64,000 bases of DNA from Octopus sinensis (Eukaryota), in the NCBI RefSeq assembly GCF_006345805.1, contig NC_043006.1, positions 76,694,001 to 76,758,000 of the forward strand, written 5' to 3'. The translations under genes were made by a program, and so were the position numbers. Within the stretch, counting starts at the first letter, position 1; each line of letters opens with the position of its first letter. Below, one piece after another: positions 14,961 through 25,793 of the stretch. A model generated the notes under the pieces. That model was not told where the DNA came from and made no database searches. It was given only the letters and a program-made list of their open reading frames with translations.

Positions 14961-15006
14961 TCTAGAGACATGCATGTTTCTAGGTCTTGCCCATCATCAA
15001 TCTAGA
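14961..15006 (-). ncRNA. Minimal type I hammerhead ribozyme (C3U variant core)
   Basis: Minus strand: TCTAGA-TTGATGA-TGGG CAAGA CCTA-GAAA-CATGCATG-TC-TCTAGA; 6-bp stem I, 4-bp stem II, palindromic stem III, GUC triplet. Confidence 0.7.
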
Positions 15007-15406
15007 GTAGCAAGGCCTGCTAGCTGAAGATATTTGTCTAGACTTCGTAAATATATATATATATATTTTCAGTGAAGTTTATTCACTGATAACCAAAATC
15101 AGAAATATTGAATTAATATTATTTGATGAAAACTCTCAGCTTATTTTGCTGAGCATGATGAAAAGTGTCCGTGTCCATAGCTAGCAGACAAAGCTGACAT
15201 TTGTTTACTGGTCATGTTTCAAGAACTCTACAAAGAACTCATGTAGGCGTTCTCTTTATATTTGTACCAATCTTTTTGAGTCCTGTTGGTACTCCCAAGT
15301 ACGCAAATTGCTATTGATGTCACGTCTACTCTCCACATTGACTACAACCTTCATATTTCCCACTTCCAAACGTCGTAGTTGTTCAGTTTTTCTTCTTCTC
15401 TCTCTT

Positions 15407-15474
<68 letters not shown>

Positions 15475-15748
15475 TGATGATGATGATGATGATGATTATA
15501 ATAATAATAACAATAATGTATGAATAAACAGAAGGTATCTTCACGAACAATACTACAAAATCCTACAACATGATGAACAGATCCAATAAGAATCATAAAT
15601 TGACAGAGAGGAAATTTGATATTAAGATCATCGAACGTGTAGGTCTTCTCCGAAGCATCGGGCGTGCATGTCACATGATACATGTTTCACTAACATTACT
15701 GCCAAATTTGCCCCAATCGATTATTGTAGAAACACTAAAAACAAATTA

Positions 15749-16097
15749 AACAAGTGCACTCAGAGTGCGCAAATCTCCGCCAAGGCAACATAAACGTGCT
15801 CTTAACGATTTTAAAATGAGAAGATCTGAAATAAATTAGACTGGTCTCTCAAACGAGAATACTAAAAATGAACCAGACTGTTCTCAACAATTAATTAAAA
15901 AAAAACGGAAAAAATAATCCAGAATCCTTTTCCGGTACCTGATCAATCCTAAAACATTATCAATTCGTGCCAGTCACGTGGCCAAACATCCTTGAAAGTT
16001 TCATCAGAATCCATCCAGAAGTTCTTGAGATATCTTGTCCACAGTCACACATAGACGATTGAAAACAATAGCTCAGCCTTCGCTCAGGCGGAGGTAA
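15749..16097 (+). mobile_element. Probable non-autonomous Helentron-type (HINE/DINE-1-like) element
   Basis: 5' subterminal ATCTCCGCCAAGG and 3' stem-loop CTCAGCC-TTCGCTCA-GGCGGAG(GT) sharing the same motif; no ORF. Confidence 0.5.
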
Positions 16098-16829
16098 TAA
16101 AGCAGATATCGAAAACTTTTCCTCTCGGTAAATAACCCATTTGAAGCCAATCCTATTGAGCAAGGTTATCAAAACAAAGACTTTGTTCGCTTCAAACGGA
16201 ATACTACTTTAAAATATATTCTGTTATGCAACCAATTTTATTTTCTTGTGCTATTCAGAGACCCCATGACATGTCTAGTTCCAAAGTAAAGATTACTAGT
16301 CTGAGAGATATAGAACATTTTTTTAAGCGGCTTTAAAACTGCTATCATTGTTGGTGATGCATTCTATTTTCAAGGATCCATCAATCATCAAAACGATCTC
16401 CCTGTTCATAGGGTTACATAAAAATTCAACTACAGAAACATTTAGCTATTCTTTATCAGTATACTACTTCTGCCCTTTGCGTTCGTTTCGTTTTATTGTT
16501 CATTTTGTTTGCTGTGCTTCTCCTTTTTATATAAAGTGTATTATATACCTGTCTTAGTCAGGCATGTCTTGTTTGCTTTATACCGATGTACAACTCAAGT
16601 AAATAGATAATCAAATAAAGAAATATAGAAATGCACAAACCACCGTTTAATATTTTCTTCTGCTGCGTTCAGCGGCAATAAAAAACAAACAAAAAAAATT
16701 TGCACAAGAGAAACAATCTCTACTTGGCACTGACTTCAGTCACCTCGTAACTGTCTATTCCGCTTCTTACGGTAAAGCCTATCCTCAACATTCGCTAAGC
16801 TCCACATCCATCACCATGGCAACCGAACC

Positions 16830-16886
16830 TATATATTCATCGTCGTCATCATCATCACCACTACTGTGATGACGACAACGACGACC

Positions 16887-16935
<49 letters not shown>

Positions 16936-17106
16936 GCATTAGCATCTTCGTCGTCGTCGTCGTCGCCGTCATCATCATCATCATCATCATCATCACCACC
17001 ATTATCATCATCAACACCATCATCATCGTTGTTATCTTCAGCTGCAGTACCATCTTCATAACCATCGTTGTAATCGTTGTCGTCGTCATCAGCAGCAAAA
17101 ATTATA

Positions 17107-17178
<72 letters not shown>

Positions 17179-17365
17179 GCTGCTGCTGTTGCTGTTATTG
17201 CTGTTGCTACTAATACTACTAATACTACTACTACTGCTGCTACTGGTGTTGCTGCTAGTGATGCTTTCACCACCATCACCACCACCACTATCATCATCAT
17301 TTTTACTACTACTATCAGCATCACCAGCACCAGCACCACTATTACTAATATTATTACTATTCGCT
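16830..17365. repeat. Compound trinucleotide mosaic (ATC/ACG/ACC/AAC/ACT/GCT blocks)
   Basis: Direct reading; largely keeps 3-nt register. Confidence 0.9.
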
Positions 17366-17560
17366 CAGTCAAATACTTAGCGATAGTTCGTCCGTCTTTA
17401 CGTTCTGAGTTCAGATTCAACCGAGGTTGTCTTTGCCTTTCATTATTTCTAGACTGATGAAATAAGTACCAGTTGAATACTGGTGTCGATATAATCGACA
17501 TATACTCTCATTAAAATTTATAGCCGTGTGCCAAACATCGACACCAAAGTTACTATAACA
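17366..17560 (+). mobile_element. Old copy of SINE family C
   Basis: CGTTCTGAGTTCAGATTCAACCGAGGTTGTCTTTGCCTTTCA...AAGTACCAGTTG, a diverged match to the units at 17606-18412. Confidence 0.7.
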
Positions 17561-17605
17561 AAAATCAGTTGAGCACTGGGGTTAACGTAATAGAATTAAC
17601 CCCTG

Positions 17606-18415
17606 CGGGCTGGCATAAACGTTAGCATGCCGGGCGAAATGCCTAGCGGTATTTCGTCTGCCGTTACGCTCTGAGTTCAAATTCCGCCGAGGTCGACTTT
17701 ACCTTTCATCCTTTCGGGGTCGATAAATTAAGTACCAGTTACGCACTGGGGTCGATCTAATCGACTTAATACCTATGTCTGTCCTTGTTTGTCCCCTCTA
17801 TGTTTGGCCCCTTGTGGGTAATAAAGAAATAGGTATTTCGTCTGCCGTTATGCTCCGAGTTCAAATTCCACCGAGGTCGACTTTACCTTTCATCCTTTCG
17901 GAGTCGATAAATTAAGTACCAGTTACGCACTGGGGTCGATCTAATCGACTTAATCCCTTTGTCTGACCTTGTTTGTTCCCTCTATGTTTAGCCCCTTGTG
18001 GGCAGTAAAGAAATAAGAAACGTTAGTATGCCAGGCGCAATGCTTAGCAGTATTTCGTCTGTCTTTACATTCTGAGTTCAAATTCTGCCGAGGTCAACTT
18101 TGCCTTTCATCCTTTCGGGGTCGATAAATTAAGTACCAGTTACGCACTGGGATCGATCTAATCGACTTAATCCCTTTGTCTGACCTTGTTTGTTCCCTCT
18201 ATGTTTAGCCCCTTGTGGGCAGTAAAGAAATAAGAAACGTTAGTATGCTAAGCGCAATGCTTAGCAGTATTTCGTCTGCCGTTACGTTCTGAGTTAAGAT
18301 GATAAATAAAGTACTAGTAACGCACTGGGGTTCATGTAATCGACTTATTCTCTTTGTCTGTCCTTGTTTGTCCCCTCTATGTTTAGCCGCTTGTGGGCAA
18401 TAAAAAAATAAGGAA
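17606..18415 (+). mobile_element. Head-to-tail tetramer of tRNA-derived SINE family C
   Basis: Four units (~17606-17831, 17832-18016, 18017-18234, 18235-18412), each with a B-box-like GAGTT... core and a CCCCTTGTGGG..AAAGAAATA-type end; unit 4 is internally deleted; flanked by TAACCCCTGC twice. Confidence 0.9.
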
Positions 18416-18937
18416 TAACCCCTGCCCAGGAACTGCTGGCCTTGTGTCAAAATTTGAAGTAAATATTAAGAAACCATGCTAGCACCATCTGTAACATGAT
18501 AGAAAAACAAATCTCTCAGACCATGACATAGTTCTCTGTAGCCTTGTTTCGCAGCATACAGAATTTAGGCCAAAATCCTCAACATAACAGATATGAACCT
18601 AGAGACAACTAGAGGGAAATTATGAATAACTTTAGTGTCATATTTGAAGCAAAAAATGTACATAAATTAAAATTAAAAAAAAACAAAGATCTTGTCACAT
18701 AAATCTGTGGCACAAATACTGCCAGTCCAGCTTTAGTCCCTATTATTTTGTATCACGATAGAATCAAAGATTCCCACAAGAATCGAATTAATCGCCAATA
18801 ATTACTAGACAAACCACTGATTTGCGAAAAAAATTAATGTGGTGCTATTCAGATAGCCACGACACGAGCTTAAACCTCTTTAAGGTATAAAAACTAAAAC
18901 ATATATAACATGTATGTGTGTGTGAGTATGGATAAAG

Positions 18938-19087
18938 CGGGCTTCTTTCAGTTTCTGTTTACTAAATCCATTCACAAGACTTTGGTCGACCCGAGGGTAT
19001 AGTAGAAAACACTTGCCCAATGTGGGACTGAATCCGGTAGCATATGGTTGGGAAGCAAGCTACTTGCCAAACAACCACGCCAGCGCC
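18938..19087 (-). mobile_element. SINE family A, left arm only
   Basis: Reverse complement of head through GAAAGAAGCCCG. Confidence 0.85.
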
Positions 19088-19110
19088 TATACAGAAATTT
19101 ATAAATGCAT

Positions 19111-21313
19111 ATTTAGTTAAAAATATTTCTCTAAGATTATCAAATTTATCTGCCAACGTCGACATTTTTAAGCATAAAGCGGAATTCTATAATGCCGCCC
19201 TGTCAAAAGCCGGGTATAGGGAAAAGGTAACATATTTAGACCCGGCCCTTCCGAAACCAGAATTTTATCATCAGGATAAGTCAACTTACAGTAATATAAA
19301 TAATATAAGTAGTGATGGTAGCTTTAGGAATGTCGACACAAGTACAGCTAACACAAATATAGATAACATAAATAATTTGCGGTCCATGGGAGGTCATCGT
19401 AGGCCAAAACCCATTATTCAACCCAGAGATGCCCCCCTTAATGTAAGAGTTGAATCTCCGAGCCAGTACAAGAACAGGAAAAACTATATCTGGTTTGTGA
19501 TTCCCTTTGGTAAACAAATAAGATCTAACCTACCGTTGCAGTTTCGCCAAGCCATTGCCAGAAATTTTCCCAGAAATTCGAGATATTACTCCACTATAAA
19601 TTCGCACAAAGTAAGGATAGCTTTCTCAAATACTAAAAATATTTCACAGATAATTGCCTCCCATAACTATAAGCTGCTAAATAAGGCCCTCTCACCCATG
19701 AGCAGAGACTCTGCCCCGTCAAATTCCAACATAACGCATAGTAATAATAATAATAATAGAAGTAGCAAAGATATTAGCAGCCTTCATACCAACATTGGAG
19801 TTAGTAACAGTAATAAGGATAAGAGCACTGATCTCGTCATTAACGAAGGGAGTCCCAACAATAATATTAGCAGCGGTTTTAACAACAGTAGTTTTACGGA
19901 CATTATCAATCACAGCATTCCCAGTAACAGGGAATATGCAGGTGATATTGCCTTAAATAGTAATGATAATGGGGTGAATAGTATCGAATCCAGCGGTAGT
20001 TTTTACAACCATCATAGTAATAAGAACGCTGTATTAGTATCGGAAACCAATCCCAATAGATTAAGGTTCTTATCTAGCAACTCCAAAATTAGAAACGTCA
20101 TTTATCAGTGCAGAGTTTATACTGAATCCGATGTCTTCCTTTATATCGGCGCTACATCATCAAAATTAGCCACAAGAATATCGAACCATTTTTCCACGTT
20201 CCGAGATAGGGATAAGCAACACGCTACTGGGCTAAGCAAATTAGTCTGGCGTTTGAAGAACGCGAATTCAACTTTTAGACTGGAATGGTCAATTTTATCG
20301 GTGTCTTTACCGTTTGATAAGGGAAAAAAAAATCTGTGCCCTTTGTAACTCCGAACTATTTCATATTTTGTTCGCCCGAGGACGGCTTGTAAACTCGATT
20401 GTGCAGAGTTCTTTCAGATGCCTCCACTGGAAAAGGCATACCTTTTTCTCATACCAATGAAGTCTAATATAGACTTCCTAAAAAAATTTGAAAGGTGATA
20501 TCTCATGCCTGTTAGTATAAAAGACTTTATCATAGTTGTCAAGAACTACTACCAATCCCTACAGCAACACTGTATCTTGTCATTGCTATTGTGGACACCC
20601 TCTCTCTATTAAGTTGTCACATTCGAACACACAGACACAGCCTTTTCAGTTTCTTGTCCGTCAATTTTTGCTATCTCTTTCTCTCTGCCTTCAAAACACA
20701 CTGTCACGCATTCAAAGACGCGCACACATATACATTAAGGCAATTTTTCACACTCATACATTCTAGCACTCATTCATAAAATAAATCAAATATAAACACC
20801 AGTCATACAGAATACATTCACACTCTTTGATTTTCCTGTACCCTCCTTCTACTACCTTGATTCTGACCTTGAACTATCTCAACGGACAATCTCTTCTGCT
20901 TTCATCCAATCTGGCGTCAACGCATATAAATAGACATTTTGTATCAGTAATTTCATGGGCTCCTCGTGAGCGTTTGTCGAAAAGCTTGTTCTGCATTTTG
21001 TTGGAGAATTAAGTTCCTGGATTTTCCTGAAGAGAAAGCTGCAAAATGGACTCCTTATTCAATCGGAATTAGGGACTTTGCAGACTTCGAAACATATGTC
21101 GAAAATAAAATAAAGGAATTTTGTTAAATCTTCGTTCAGCTCCATTCTTTCCTATACTTAATATATAAAACTTCAAATTTCCGCACTAAGGCACGGATTT
21201 TATGCCCCATGGTCGTAACTTCAACCGTACCCTTTCTGTTGTGAATTTTGGTACCCAGGTATCGGTTATCTTTCGAATTATCCGTAATAAGATAATTCAT
21301 TTATCTACTTCAA

Positions 21314-21320
<7 letters not shown>
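19111..21320 (+). mobile_element. 5'-truncated Penelope-like element (family P2, possibly Naiad-type): RT thumb, linker, GIY-YIG, 3' pseudo-LTR with HHR
   Basis: Open frame to 20348: ISLRLSNLSANVDIF..YNAALSKAGY, KNYIWFVIPF, NVIYQC...LYIGATSSKLATRISNH..TGLSKLVW..LEWSIL. After a frameshift near 20330: CALCNSEL...LVNS...RCLH, stop ~20460. Ends in (TA)n. Clade assignment not verified. Confidence 0.88.
21021..21106 (+). ncRNA. Type I hammerhead ribozyme, intact core, extended stem II
   Basis: ATTTTC-CTGAAGA-[55-nt hairpin]-GAAA-CATATG-TC-GAAAAT; cleavage predicted after C21100. Confidence 0.85.
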
Positions 21321-21355
<35 letters not shown>

Positions 21356-21363
<8 letters not shown>

Positions 21364-21468
21364 AAAAAAGGTTTGAAAATGCAATTTAAACGATGTTTAT
21401 TTACTTAACCGGTTTCACTCTAAATAAACATCGTTTAAATTGCATTTTCAAACCTTTTTTCTTATATA
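21356..21468. repeat. Perfect 48-bp inverted repeat with 17-bp spacer
   Basis: 21356-21403 is the exact reverse complement of 21421-21468 (checked base by base). Confidence 0.95.
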
Positions 21469-21501
21469 ATCCCACTCGTGCGATACCCCACAACTCAACT
21501 T

Positions 21502-21533
<32 letters not shown>

Positions 21534-21756
21534 CTGCAGACAGACAAGCATACATACGTATAAATATATGTATACCTACATACGCACTTACATACATGGA
21601 TACAACTATATATGTATCCATACAAACAGCATGCAGGTTACAGTGTTTGACATTACTAACACCAACTCACGACAACAGAAGAGAAGATGCCCAATGGTAA
21701 TGATAGTCAGTTTTTTTACACGCAGAATGTAGCATGCATTTATAAATTTCTGTATA

Positions 21757-21929
21757 GGCGCTGGCGTGGTTGTTTGGTAAGTAGCTTGCTTCCCAACCAT
21801 ATGCTACCGGGTTCAGTACTACTGCGTGGCAGCTTCGGCAAGTTTCTATTAATATGGCCTCGAGCTGACCAAATCCTTGTGAGTGGATTTGGTAGACGGA
21901 AACTAAAAGAAGCTCGTCCTATATATATA

Positions 21930-21989
<60 letters not shown>

Positions 21990-22206
21990 TATGTATGTAC
22001 GCATGTATGTATTTTTGTGTATGCGTCTGTCTCCCTACCACGGCTTGACAACTGATGTTGGTGTGTTATCGTCCCAATAAGTTAGTGATTCAGCAAAAGA
22101 GACCGATAGAATAAGTATTAGGCTTAGAGAGAATAAATCCTGGGTTCTAAGTCTCCAACTAAAAAGCTGTACACCAACATGGTTGCAGTGAAATGGCTGA
22201 AACAAA
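21757..22206 (+). mobile_element. SINE family A
   Basis: Both arms present; central (TA)n. Confidence 0.88.
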
Positions 22207-22802
22207 TTATAGAATATGGGAATAAAGGAACAAATAGAGGAATAAATATATGTATGCGATATCTTCAATATCTGATCAATTACGTAAGCAGTAATTAAAA
22301 TTTCTATTGACAATTACGCCTAATTGTTTTGAAACTAATCATATCAAAAGATTCCTGTATAGCTACACAAATATTACATTTGATGAGTTGCTGGAAGATT
22401 ATAAGCATACTGTCCCATGATGGAATGGATTTAGAGTTTAATGAATTGTGAAGTTGAATTGGAAAGTAGGGATTGTGTTTAGGAAATTGATTGTAAATTA
22501 TGGTGTTTACTCCATCATGTATATCCATCCATACATACAGCCAGCCAGTCAGTCAGCCATACGTACATACATGCATACATACATACATCTATCTATTCCT
22601 ATATATATATATATAGTCATAAAAAGCCTTTTCTTTTTTTGTTTGCAATGTGCATTTTCGTTGATTTTTCTTACTTTCCCCTTACATTTCCACGTGTAGT
22701 TTCTATTTTCTTTTTGTAACATATTTCTATTATATGCACATATATATATATATATATATATCTATATATATATATATATATATATCTATATATATATATA
22801 TC

Positions 22803-22835
<33 letters not shown>

Positions 22836-22944
22836 ATGCACACACTTTATATTGGTTTAATATGTTTTTCATATATTTTATACTGTGTTTACAATTTCGA
22901 TGAACAATTTTTTTTATATTTAAACTTTCTTCCATAGAAATTAC

Positions 22945-23645
22945 TCCTTAGCACTGGTAGATGGGGAAAACTGTGAAGTTTGATTGGATATCACCTGCAC
23001 ATTCCTCTATGTGTTCACACAAAGGAATCTGTCGGTATTGCGGAAACGGGATCTCTGCCTTATGTAGTGTGGTTATCCGTCTCAGTGTCATATGTACGTC
23101 CACAACCCGAGCAAATTATAACATAACTTATATTCTCGGAAGCACAAGAGATGTTGTTTGCAATTGTGAACCTCTCTTCTTGTTTGAATAGGAATTCCGA
23201 CCCAGCCAATAGTTTAGGACAATTACATCGTCAATAATGGTGGTGGATAAAGTTTTTCAGTTAGTGCTGTTCTGGAATTTTGAAGATGAGGGTCCCGAGT
23301 ATTTCTATCAGACTCTATTGTGTAAATCTTTTTTGCTAAATTAAAATGAATATTTCTTTTGATGTGTTTCGGATGACATGAGCTAAACAGGAGATACTGC
23401 TTATAGTCCCTTGGTTTATGATACATTTCAGTTATAATTTGGTTGTTGAATTTTTTCATCATGATATCCAATTGAATGTTAGGGTTTATATTATTTATTA
23501 TTGCTTTGAATTCCAAAAGTTTATTAATGATCTCCTTCCTAATAATACAGTAGTCATACAGGTATCTTTTCCACTTACGTCTTAATATAATGTTGAAATT
23601 GTTTGCACTGTCCGATAATACTGACATAGACTTGCCCAAATGCAT
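22945..23645 (-). pseudogene. Decayed Penelope-like RT thumb plus GIY-YIG fragments (family P3)
   Basis: WKRYLYD...INPNI...EMYHKPRDYKQYLLFSSCHPKHIKRNIHFNLAKKI, then FTIANNISCASENISYVIICSGCGRTY and TLHKAEI..QYRQIPLCEHIEECA..FTVFPIY; frameshifts and stops. Confidence 0.8.
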
Positions 23646-23693
23646 CAATAAATTAACATTGATATTGTTTCACTGTCGTTACAATCATATGAA

Positions 23694-24255
23694 ATGGTAG
23701 TGTCAGTGAGCAATATTGGTGCATGTTTACTATTCAACTTCACAAAAGGACGTAAAGCAGCTGAAACTGCTCCCAATATCAACGAAACATTTGGCGAGCG
23801 AATGACCAGTGAGTGGTCAGTCCGAAATTGGTTTAAAGGATCTCTCAATGGAGACCTAAACCTTGAAGTCCGTGAGCGCATTGGATTCCCATCTGTCATA
23901 GACGACGGTCTTTAATTGACCGTCATTGAGAAATATCCCCTGCAACTACTCGATAACTGGCAAAAAAAAATTCAAGTTAGAAAACTACCTGCAACTATTT
24001 GCATGCGATCAGAAAATCAAAAATGCCCGACAAATAGTTACCATTTGACTTGAATGAAAGGCAGAAAATGCGCTTATATGAAATTTGCCCCTCGGATTTT
24101 TCCGTAACAAAACTGATCTATTCCTCGACCGTATTGTAACTTGCGATGAAACGTGGATTCTGTACAATAATAAAAAAAACACTCTTCGTAGTAGTTGGAC
24201 CAAAATGAAGCACTGAAAACCTTCCCTAAACCCGAGCTCTTCAAAAAGAAATTTC
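23694..24255 (+). pseudogene. Decayed mariner (DD34D-type) transposase N-terminal half
   Basis: LLFNFTKGRKAAETA..INETFGE..SVRNWF...LEVRER.GFPSVIDD, then LPFDLNERQK and FLDRIVTCDETWILYNN; stops and frameshifts; no TIRs seen. Confidence 0.85.
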
Positions 24256-24261
24256 CCCAAG

Positions 24262-24305
24262 ACACCTGATGAAATCTGGGAGGTTTATCAGCCGAAACTT
24301 TGTGT
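24262..24305 (+). ncRNA. Degenerate minimal hammerhead motif at the start of a short PLE-like terminal module (to ~24380)
   Basis: ACAC-CTGATGA-A-ATCTG...CAGCC-GAAAC-TTT-GTGT; stem I intact, stem II base and cleavage triplet mutated. Confidence 0.55.
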
Positions 24306-24502
24306 TAACAACTAACAAGATGAGGAAAAATAACCGTCAACTATATATGATGTAAGATAATGTAAATAAAGTGCACAAAGATCTGTTTAAATCTCCACCA
24401 TAAGCCGCTTTTTTATTTCGAGTTGTTTTCAAACTACCAGTAGCAATTTCGGAGAAGTCTCATTTCTCCAAAGCTTTGTCTGGCTATCTTCAATATTTCT
24501 AA

Positions 24503-24582
24503 TGTGCTTAGGTCGGCGAGTCAACTTTTCGCCCCTCTTTACGTTCTATATAGGTATATGTATATACATACATACATACATG

Positions 24583-24670
<88 letters not shown>

Positions 24671-24678
24671 CATACATA

Positions 24679-24755
<77 letters not shown>

Positions 24756-24856
24756 GCATGTATGTATGTATGTATGCATGTATGTATGTATATATATACA
24801 TATACCTATATAGAACGTAAAGAAGGGCGAAAAGTTGACTCACCGACCTAAGCACA
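24503..24856. repeat. Imperfect palindrome (~110-bp arms) centred on (TA)n
   Basis: TGTGCTTAGGTCGGCGAGTCAACTTTTCGCCCCTCTTTACGTTCTATATAGG plus the adjacent (CATA)n is mirrored with a few substitutions. Confidence 0.9.
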
Positions 24857-24916
<60 letters not shown>

Positions 24917-25350
24917 CTCAAACACACACACATACACATGCTAAAGTAAGCATGTTTAAATTCTCAAAGATATGTATCTAGATTTATGCATTAGCATAGA
25001 CTAACTTCTTCACATTATTGTATCTCGAACAAAAAATTGCAAAAGATAATTGCAAATTCCAAATTCTTCCCAATACTGCTAAAAACAATTAATGTTATCA
25101 GTGTGCAAATGTCTGTCTTATATTCGGAAGACGAACTATGTAACCCTTCTTCTTATTACTACGATGACACTCTAAAATCCTCTGGTCTAGCAGATTGAAT
25201 AAATTATAAACCGAACTGTACCAATATTCATCAACGCATAAAAGAAATTGGAACTGAAATGCAATGCCAAATACTCCTCGCCATTGTTCAAAATATCTGT
25301 TTTAGAGTGGCTGATATGTTCCTTCGTTTTAAGTCAACAAATACATCCTT

Positions 25351-25576
25351 TTTCTTTTACTTGTTTCAGCCATTTGACTACGGTCATGCCGGGACACCGC
25401 TTTGAAGGGTTTTAGTCGAGCATATCAACCCAAGTACTTATTTTCGTTTCTTTAAGCCGAGTACATATTCTATCTCTCTGATTTGCCGAACCACGAAGTT
25501 GTATGGACGTGAACACACCAGCACTGGTTGTTAAATTGTGGTGAGCGACAAACACAGACAGAAAGACATATGTATA

Positions 25577-25632
<56 letters not shown>

Positions 25633-25793
25633 ATGGGTTTCTTTCAGTGCCCATCTCCCAAATCCACTCACAAAGCTTTGGTCGACCCCAGGATATAGTT
25701 GAAGAAACTTTCCCAAGCTGCTACACAGTGGACTGAACCTCGAACCATATGCTTGGTAAACAAGCTTATTACCACACAGCCACGTCTGTGCTT
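25351..25793 (-). mobile_element. SINE family A
   Basis: Both arms present, diverged. Confidence 0.85.

Noticed and set aside
16235-16295. Possible 27-nt exon (TATTCAG/AGACCC...CCAAA/GTAAAG)
   Set aside because: Plausible splice signals, but no recognisable peptide or neighbouring exons; chance level in 64 kb.
17606-18412. Regular repeat array as CRISPR or satellite
   Set aside because: Units are ~185-225-bp SINE copies without unique spacers; eukaryotic context.
22300-22410. Short protein-like frame FLLTITPNCFETNHIKRFLYSYTNITFDELLEDYKHTVP*
   Set aside because: No recognisable homology or splice support.
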